Source of the DNA: Octopus sinensis
Taxonomy: Eukaryota
Assembly: GCF_006345805.1 (NCBI RefSeq)
Contig: NC_043012.1
Location: 4,774,001 to 4,838,000 of the forward strand
DNA: 64,000 nt
Reading direction: 5' to 3'
In this document: one piece after another, positions 27,593 through 36,510 of the stretch
Position numbering within the stretch: position 1 is the first letter of the stretch
How the letters are laid out: the number at the start of each line of letters is the position of its first letter
The notes under the pieces: model-generated
Told to the model about the DNA's origin: nothing
What the model saw: the letters and a program-made list of their open reading frames with translations, nothing else
Databases searched by the model: none
Position numbers and translations under genes: made by a program

Positions 27593-28724
27593 TTACATTT
27601 TTCGTTTGAGTTCTTCTTTCAATTCCAAGATGCGTTGCTTCAGGTATTTATTTTCAGTCTCGTACTGCTTACACTTGCAAATTGTTGTTGTGTTATACGA
27701 GAAGATATTAAACGGTGAATGAATTGCATCTAGCGAATCATTTTTCGGAGCGGATTCTCCGATAGCAGCCCATCCACCTTCTGCAAACAGTTCGCATTCA
27801 CTGCGGTCGAGCTGGTCGATCAGTTCTTTCTCACTTGCTGTGAAGGACGGCGTATGATCTGCAGGGGTTGGGGCGGGGGCAAGTGTTGGTTGGGTAGTTG
27901 CGATCACAAACTCATTGTCAATATTTCCATATATCTTTTGATAGTCTTCTGTAGTGAAAAAACGAACGTCCCAGCGGTCAGCAGACATCTTAGAACGGTC
28001 AGGTTCAAAATTAGCGAAAACGACAACGTGCGGTATAGGAAAAGTCTTGGTCACAGGCACATACTTGGTGGAACATATTAATCCGTTCTTGATACTTTCG
28101 ATTACGTCATAGTTAAAGTGATCCTTTTGAGAACGCGTATAATCGAATACAGCTATACTCTGGCCGTCATACTTGTACTTGATATCTACAGAACGGCCAT
28201 TCTCAAAACGTATACCGTCAATAGTTTGCAAATAACGGGACAAGTAGGCTTTACCAGAATTACCGACTGGATCGCAATACCAAATTATTTTCCGAGAGTC
28301 CGGCTTCTTTTTCAGCTCCTGTATAAGACGAAACTGCCACCGCTGCCAAACTACGTTCTCATATTCCATCCCAATTAAATCGAGAGTACGCTTCTTCTTG
28401 GATTCTACAAACAAATTACCTACTGCTCGAACATTATTACGATAGGCATTTATTAGATCGGAGTCGTCGTGGGTTAAAACATACTCCTCCGGGTTACTAG
28501 TAGAATTCCGTACGATATTACGAATGTTATCAGAAACTTTAGACTTCTTCTCTTTAGATGACAAATTCCTTTCACCACACTCGATAACTACATTCCCTTC
28601 CTTCGAACAATACTGGAAGTTATCCTTTTCAGATCCTATGTATCTATATGAGCACGGCTAATTCTTCGTCTGTGTAATTATTCAAAGTAAAACAGAAGCG
28701 TCGATACATAGGAGTGTGAGGCAT
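27593..28724 (-). pseudogene. rep: CRESS-DNA virus replication initiator Rep (HUH endonuclease + SF3 helicase), disrupted near its N-terminus
   Basis: ATG at 28724 reads MPHTPMYRRFCFTLNNYTDEELAVLI* (RCR motif I FTLNN at 28677-28691). Motif II (HxQ/HUH) is absent. A second frame is open 28657-27593 with motif III YCSK (28601-28612), Walker A GNSGKA (28247-28264), Walker B VFDYTR, motif C VVVFAN and Arg finger SADRW. The pattern WQ..PDSRKIIWY, NYDVIESIKNG, STKY resembles nanovirus/alphasatellite-type CRESS Reps. Confidence 0.95.
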
Positions 28725-28728
28725 TTTG

Positions 28729-28894
28729 TCAGATGACGGAATTCTTAGCAGAGGGAAGATTATATAACTAAAAAATACCGGCGGCCGGCATCCGCGGACG
28801 CCTGGTTTATACTAGCAGGCGTCCAGCAATTATTAGATCGGCCACCACGATAATATATATACACGTCAGATTAACCTAGTTTCAGTAGCAGTCA
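28729..28894 (+). repeat. Right direct repeat of the viral element (intergenic/origin region)
   Basis: Copy of 26577-26756 that begins 5 nt from the rep ATG (28724). TATATAA at 28761 is a candidate rep TATA box. It lacks the ~12-bp ACGTCACTT segment. Confidence 0.93.
28796..28824 (-). promoter_or_regulatory. Second origin stem-loop with altered nonamer (TAGTATAAAC)
   Basis: Identical 9-bp stem (28796-28804 / 28816-28824). The 11-nt loop GTTTATACTAG reads CTAGTATAAAC on the minus strand. Confidence 0.9.
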
Positions 28895-29287
28895 AACATG
28901 TTATCAGTAACTGTAGAGCTCGTATATCTATTTAAAAAAAAATTAAATAGATGCTTACGTAGATATAAAGCTCATGTGTTTCAAGACTAAAGGGAGATAA
29001 CAATGTGTTGTTTTCATGTCATCCAGAAAGCTTTTGTGGCTTAAATGAAACGATGTAGTTTGAAACTAGATTATCCTTGTAATGGTTCCGAACAGTGAGT
29101 TGGAACATACCAGAGTATAATCTGTAATTGTGAAAGCAATGTTTCATAGCGAAGGGATAACGATTCTGATTCAATTCCCTTTGGAGACCACTGAATTCGT
29201 TTACGTCTGTAATAGTTTCTCTTCTTTCATTCTATGAATTCTGCAATTTATTTGTGATCAACAATTCAGGAATGATAGAGAAGATAA

Positions 29288-30090
29288 AATTTCGTCTGTC
29301 TTTACGTCCCAAGTTCAAATTCCGCCGAGGTCGACTTTGCTTTTCATCCTTTCGGGGTCGATTAAATAGATACCATCGTCTGCCGCTACGTTCTGAGTTC
29401 AAATTCCGCCGAGGTCGACTTTGCTTTTCATCCTTTCGGGATCGATAAAATAAGTACCAGTTACGCACTGGGGTCGATATAATCGACTTAATCCGTTTGT
29501 CTGTCCTTGTTTGCCCCCTCTCTGTTTAGCCCCTTGTGGGTAGTAAAGAAATAGGTATTTCGTCTGCTGTTACGCTTGCGGTATTTCGTCTGCCGCTACG
29601 TTCTAAGTTCAAATTCCGCCGAGGTCGACTTTGCCTATCATCCTTCCGGAGTTGAATAAATAAGTACCAGTTACGCACTGGGGGTCGATGTAATCGACTT
29701 AATCCCTTTGTCTGTCCTTGTTTGCCCCCTCTATGTTTAGCCCCTTGTGGGCAGTAAAGAAATAAGAAACGTTAGCCGCCGCGCGAAATGCTTATCGGTG
29801 TTTCATGTCTTTACGTTCTGAGTTCAAATTATGCCGAGGTCGACTGTGCCTTTCATCTTTTCGGGATCGATAAATTAAGTACCAGTTGCATACTAGGGTC
29901 GATCTAATCGACTGGCCCCTCCCCCAAAATTTCAGGCCTTGTGCCTAGAGTAGAAAAGAATCTTTAACACTCCGGGCTTAGCAGCGTTTCGTCCGTCCTT
30001 ACGTTCTGAGTTCAAATTCTGCTGAGGTCGACTTTGCCTTTCATTCTCTCGGGGTCGATAAAATAAGTACCACTTGAGCACTGAGGCAAT
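29288..30090 (+). mobile_element. SINE family A tandem array
   Basis: Five or more copies of the GAGTTCAAATTCCGCCGAGGTCGACTTTG unit. Confidence 0.85.
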
Positions 30091-31689
30091 AAAATTTACC
30101 CACTTCTCCCTTCTTGCAGTTCTTGTGTCAAAATTTGAAACTAGAATTAATCAATCAAAAAGTCAACTGACAAATCATGTATTCTAGATGCACAATGCCA
30201 CCGCCTATTTGAACGTTCATACTAAAGATTGCCAGATTCATTAGAATGTTGCACAAAATACGTTGCAGCATTTGTTCCGTCTCTCTGTAGTCCCAGTTCA
30301 AATCCCGCCAAGATCAACTTTAAACTTCATCTTTTCGAGGATCAAGGAGGAAGACTGAAAAAATTCGTTAGATTTTCGAGTGTGAGTGCGTGAGTGCCTG
30401 GCAAAATATCTTCTGAAACCATTGGGTCCTCAGATTTTGTGTTTGATACTTAAAAGAAATATATAAAATAGTAAAGAAATAGATACTTAAACAATCACCC
30501 GGTTTAACACTCTCTGATTCTTAGGTGCTTTTCATTAATTTCACTGCGCCTCAAGCATTTGGTTTGAGGATAACTTCCTATTATAAGTCACAGAAGCTTC
30601 AGGAAGATACAAAACCACGTGCTCTTCACTCTGAATAGATTGTACAAAACATACTGCATAATACGTCGCGGCGACAACATTATGAATTTGATGTGAAGGC
30701 GACAGCGTGGATGTGTGAAGGAGAAGCTTGCTTCTGAATTACATGATTGCGGGTCCATTCCCAATGTGTGGTACCTTGGGCGTGCCGACCAAAATGGATT
30801 TGGTAGACAGAACCTGAAACCGCCCGTACACACACACACACACCACACAAACACACGCACATCAATATGTGCTACCACCACAATGGTAGTCATCTGTTAC
30901 TACTACTACTACTACTACTTCTGACGCCATTTTTAACAACACACATATCGACAGAAACGGCTACTGTGATAAAAGTATATACAAGATTAAAAACAAATTT
31001 TACCACGAGATTGTTTTACTATAACAAGGTAACTGAGTATATTTTCAAAGATTCTGAAGCATTTTGCTGATAAAACAAACCAAAATATTGCTTAATAAGT
31101 GATTCTGGCACATTCGATCACGAACATGATAACCTCGCTTAGAGGTTAAAAAATTGCTCTTCTGCTCACTTCCTGTGACCAGTTGGATAGTGATTCAAAT
31201 CCATTTGTATTCCAATGAAATCTATTTGCTTCTGGCTAATTAACTAGAAATTAGGGGGAATTGTTTGAAAACAGAGATTTACTAACAATCTAAATTGTAT
31301 TTTGTATCGTTTAAATCTTTGCTGGTTGTGATTGGCCAGCCTTAGAGTCTCTATTTTATTATTGTGATTATGGCGTCCATTTTCTCTCTCGATGCTGACA
31401 AGTTATGCATCTTTATTGTGCCGTGTGCAATGACTTCCAATTTTTTCGGTTTTTTTCCCTCATTTGATATGGAATTTATGCCTTTGTTGCTGAAACATCC
31501 GTGATGATATCGCTTTCTGCATTTAAGCATGAGCTGAATATATTTGTTTTATTCTTTAATTTTTATTAATTCTTTTAACCAATTCTTTCTGCTTTGGAAA
31601 TTCTTGGATTTTTAAAAAAATTATTTTCATATAAATTTCCTCTTTCTATTATTATAAAAAAGTTTTAGTTATTTCCTTCCACCTCCCTC

Positions 31690-31835
31690 CTTCTTCTTCT
31701 TCTTCTTCTTCTTCTTCTTCTTCTTCTTCTTCTTCTTCTTCTTCTTCTTCTTCTTCTTCTTCTTCTTCTTCTTCTTCTTCTTCTTCTTCTTCTTCTTCTT
31801 CTTCTTCTTCTTTTTCTTCTTCTTCTTCTTCTTCT
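31690..31835. repeat. (TTC)n microsatellite
   Basis: Direct reading. Confidence 0.95.
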
Positions 31836-32129
31836 TGTCCTCGTCGTCGTCGTCCTTCACCTCCCCTCCTCCTCCCTTGTCCCCTCCCCTCCTCCTAAAA
31901 AGAAAGACAAAAGAAATGTAACGAAAAACATTGTAAGACACACGGGGATGAACCATCTCCCTTAGAATGGTTAGGAATGCATGGTTGTTAACGACACAGA
32001 CGAGTTCCAGGTGAGCCTGGGGACCAATTTCTAGGAAGACCTTATTGATGGAGAGCTGGCAGGGGAGAGCCAGTAGCGGAAGGGAATCAGAGCATAGGAG
32101 CCTAGATCCAACTTGGACAGTGGCCTTGT

Positions 32130-32635
32130 GTATGTGTGTGTGTATATGTAACGTGTATCTGTGTATGTGAATGTAATGTGTATGTGTATATGTGTAATCT
32201 GTATGTGTGTGCATAAGTAATGTATGTGTATGTGAATGTATGTGTATATGTAATGTGTATGTGTATATGTGTAATCTGTATGTGTGTGCATAAGTAATGT
32301 ATGTGTATGTGAATGTATGTGTATATGTAATGTGTATGTTTATATGTGTAATCTGTATGTGGGTGTATAAGTAATGTATGTGTATGTGAATGTATGTGTA
32401 TATGTAATGTACATGAGTGCAAGTGTAATGTGTATGTGTGCGTATATGTAATGTGTATGTTTATATGTGTAATGTATCTGTGTGTGTATGTGTGCATGTA
32501 TGTATAATGTGTATATGTGTGTGTTTATGTAATGTGTATGAGTGTATGTGTAATGTGCATATGTAATGTGAATGTGTATATGTGCAATCTGTATGTGTGT
32601 GTATGTGTGCGTGTATGTGCAATGTGTATGTGTTA
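32130..32635. repeat. Degenerate (TG/TA) tract with a ~76-bp higher-order repeat
   Basis: TAATGTGTATGTGTATATGTGTAATCTGTATG... recurs at ~32175, 32251 and 32327. Confidence 0.8.
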
Positions 32636-33768
32636 GTTGCCTTTATTTATTTCTTTTATTTTAAGCTTTTAGCATTTAAACCGGCTATAGCTGGTCCGAA
32701 TAACCTACCTCTTTTATCTTCAAACCAACCAGATCAGGCCTCTCACACTTACTCTACAATATTAAGTTAAAAATTAACAATCATGTCATTGAAGTCTCAA
32801 AGCCACAAAGTGTTACTGGCACTCCGTCGGTTGCGACGATGCGTGTTCCAATTGATCCGATCAACGGAAGAGCCTACTCGAGAAATTAACGTACATGTGA
32901 CTGAGTACTCCACATACACATGTACCCTTAATGTAGTTCTTAGAGAGATTCAACGTGATGCAGAGTGTGACAAGGCTGGTCCTTTGAATTACTGGTTCTA
33001 CACATTTTTTCCAGTTATGTGGATTGGAGCAACGGGAAGTAGAGTACTTTGCTTAAGGATACAACGCGACGCCAGGAATTGAACTCATGACATTACAATC
33101 GCGAACCGAATACCCTAACCATTAAACTATGTATCTTCACGCTTCAGTGTAATGCATTTTAATTCAAAACAATGTGAATGAATATGAATTACATTTTACA
33201 GAGAAATCTGAATGCTAAATGGTGAAAGTCAGGACTCCTTTAATTATTTTGCATATTTACAAAATATGTATTTAAACATTTTCTGTAATTTAAGACAATA
33301 AAAAACAACAAAAAGAAACAATCTTTTAACAGAGGCGCAGGCATGGTATTGTAATAAGAGGTTTGCTTTCAAACCATATAGTTGGTTCTGGGTTCGGTCT
33401 CACTGCGTGGCATCTTGGACAAGTGTCCAAGCGCATGACAATATATACATACTTGTGTGTATGTGTGTGTGTGTGTGTATACTAAACATGAGAAATTTTA
33501 CAAAAGCACAACAAAAAATTACAAAAACATAATAAACAGAAACTTTGTGGCTTATTCGTCAACAGTCAACGTTCAGAAGGTCATTACAATTACGCGCTTT
33601 TAACGCTGACATTGCTCACTTTCGGTGACGCCAGAGGCGAAATACCTCAGGGAATAGCTAACAAATGTACAGGACAATGACCAAGACAAATACAACAAAA
33701 TAAAACATACATTTAGAACAAAAATATAGCCATGAGACTGCAAGACTGATACATATATACATATATAC

Positions 33769-33829
<61 letters not shown>

Positions 33830-33834
33830 CATAT

Positions 33835-33899
<65 letters not shown>

Positions 33900-33936
33900 C
33901 ATATATATATATTATATATATATAATATATATTATA

Positions 33937-33992
<56 letters not shown>

Positions 33993-34088
33993 ATATATAT
34001 ATATATATATATAATATATAATATATATATATATATATATAACATATATATATATATATATTATATATACATATATATATATACATAT

Positions 34089-34145
<57 letters not shown>

Positions 34146-34552
34146 CATATATATATATATATATATTATACATATATATATATATAATATACATATATAT
34201 ATATATATAATATATAAACATAGATAGATATATGTATGTGTGTGTGTGTTCTTTGTTTATAGGTTTGTCTTTTACCTTCGCTTGACATCCGATGCTGGTT
34301 TGTTTACGTTCCTGTAACAACGGTTTGGCCAAAGATAACAATAGAATAAATACTAAGCTTAAGACAAAAACATAAAAAAAATATAACATGATTGAGGTTG
34401 GTCGATTCATTCGATTCAAATCCGTTCGAGGCCATGCTGCAGCATGGCCGTGGTCTAATGCCTGAATCAAGTAAACGAAAACATCTCATTCTGTTACGTA
34501 ATGTATTCGCGGATCTCGCTCCTTATAATGTTGCTCTTGAATTTATTCTGAA

Positions 34553-34667
34553 CGTCATCATCATCATCACCATCATCATCATCATCGTCATCGTCATCGT
34601 CATCATCATCATCATCATCATCACTATCATCATCATCATCATCGTCGTCACCATCATCATCATCATC

Positions 34668-34699
<32 letters not shown>

Positions 34700-34831
34700 C
34701 ATCATCATCACTATCATCATCATCATCATCATCACCATCATCATCATCATCGTCATCGTCATCATCACCATCATCATCATCATCATCATCATCATCACTA
34801 TCATCATCATCATCATCATCACCATCATCAC

Positions 34832-34862
<31 letters not shown>

Positions 34863-34928
34863 GTCGTCGTCGTCGTCGTCATCATTGTCATCATCATCAT
34901 TATCATCCTTATCATCATCATCATCATC

Positions 34929-34962
<34 letters not shown>

Positions 34963-35425
34963 CCATCATAATCATCATTGTCGTCATCATCATCATCACC
35001 ATCATCGTCGTCGTCATTACACCACTACAACCATGAAAATCAACATCACCATCGTTATTAACACTTCCATCCTCAGCAGGAAGAGCAGCATCAGCATTGG
35101 CAGCAGTAGTAGAGGCAACACCACCAACCCCGCACCACCACCACCACCGCACCACCACCACCCCACCACCACCACCAACCACCACCACCACAACAACAAC
35201 AACAACAACTACCACTACTCCTATTGACACCACCACCACCACCACCACCACCACCACCACCACCACCACCACCACAACAAACAACTACCACTACTCCTAT
35301 TGACACCACCACCACCACCACCGCCGCCGCCACCACCACCACCACCACAACAACAACAACAACTACCACCACTAATACCACCGCCACCCTCATCGTAGTC
35401 GCCGTCATCATCACCATCCTCATCA
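34553..35425. repeat. (ATC)n followed by (ACC/AAC)n trinucleotide tract
   Basis: Direct reading; the source of the spurious poly-I/M/V/T ORFs. Confidence 0.95.
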
Positions 35426-35695
35426 TTTCGTTGAAGAAACGTCTTAGATCCTACTAGAAACTCACAACACAGAAATACCAACAAACCGATTGCGATCAGC
35501 CTTTTCCACCGTTCATATCATACGTTGGAGTGTGAGATGTTACACCAGAGCAACATATATTGTCACTTAGCTTACACAGATATGCACAGCGCGAACGTAT
35601 CCAAATACATCGGCATACACAATATACATACCTATATATACATATTATAATGTTTGAGAACATATATATATATGTGTGTGTGTATGATATGTATG

Positions 35696-35727
<32 letters not shown>

Positions 35728-36002
35728 TTATATGCACATATATACATACACATACACTTACACACACTCACATATATATATTTATTGTAATAATTTACGT
35801 GCAAATTTGTCATATTGTTCTCAATACACTTGTCGAGTATTAAAACAAAATAAAATAAAATTTATTGTGATGTGTGTGTGTGTGTGTTTAAAACCTGGCA
35901 AAATCGCTAGCAGCCCTAGCATAATGGTTTGCAACATTTTGTTCGTTTTTATGTCCTGAGTTCAAATTTCTGGTCGGACAGAAAGCTTTTGAAATCCTTA
36001 TG

Positions 36003-36510
36003 TAGGGTGTGCCAAAAGTCACTGATGGGTTTTAGATTTTAATAACTGCCTTAACTTTGCAAATAAATGCATGAAATTTTGATACAATATAAAGGAAAGA
36101 ATGAAAATTAATAAGCAGAAGTCAAATTTTGCAACACCACTACATCATATGTGGAAAATGTTATCGCTTAAATTTCAACCATTTTCGGCTTCGCTAGCCT
36201 TTGTTCTTTCCAAAACTTACACCATAACACCCTCAAGAGTTTCAGACCCCACTTCTCTATTGATGTTCTCCTTCAGTTGCTCCAGGGTCTCCGGTTTATT
36301 GACATAAACCATCTCTTTCAGGTATCCCCACAAGAAAAAATCCGGGCTAGTCAAGTCTGGTGAAGGTGAAGACCGGTTGACATTGTCGTAGCTGGAGATT
36401 ATTCTCTTTCCAAAGCACTGCCGTAGCAACTGCATTGTTCCTCTTGAGGTATGAGCAGTTGATCCTTTTTGCTGGAACCATGTGTGAGGTCTACTCTGAA
36501 TTACTTCCAC
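36003..36510 (-). mobile_element. Tc1/mariner superfamily (DDxD, maT/Tc3-like) transposon 3' fragment
   Basis: ORF 36217-36510 reads WFQQKGSTAHT...SPDLTSPDFFLWGYLKEMVYVNKPETLEQLKENI, the typical catalytic C-terminus. TIR-like TAGGGTGTGCCAAAAGT at ~36003. Confidence 0.85.

Larger units (their letters stand above)
26577..28894. mobile_element. Endogenous CRESS-DNA (circovirus-like) viral element, ~1.08 genome lengths (ori-cap-rep-ori), unit length ~2.14-2.15 kb
   Basis: Convergent Arg-rich cap (+) and HUH/SF3 rep (-). Two direct copies of the intergenic region, each with the origin stem-loop; the stems start at 26655 and 28796, 2141 bp apart. Poly(A) signals on both strands between the stop codons. 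The island is free of microsatellites in otherwise repeat-saturated DNA. Confidence 0.95.

Noticed and set aside
27593-28564. ORF-track 323-aa ORF as an intact gene starting at TTG 28564
   Set aside because: The true start is ATG 28724 with motif I. The tracked ORF is only the downstream frame of a disrupted rep.
26577-28894. Helitron or LTR retrotransposon interpretation
   Set aside because: SF3 rather than PIF1 helicase, a capsid-like ORF and a TAGTATTAC origin are present. There is no RT, integrase, TG..CA ends or clear TSD.
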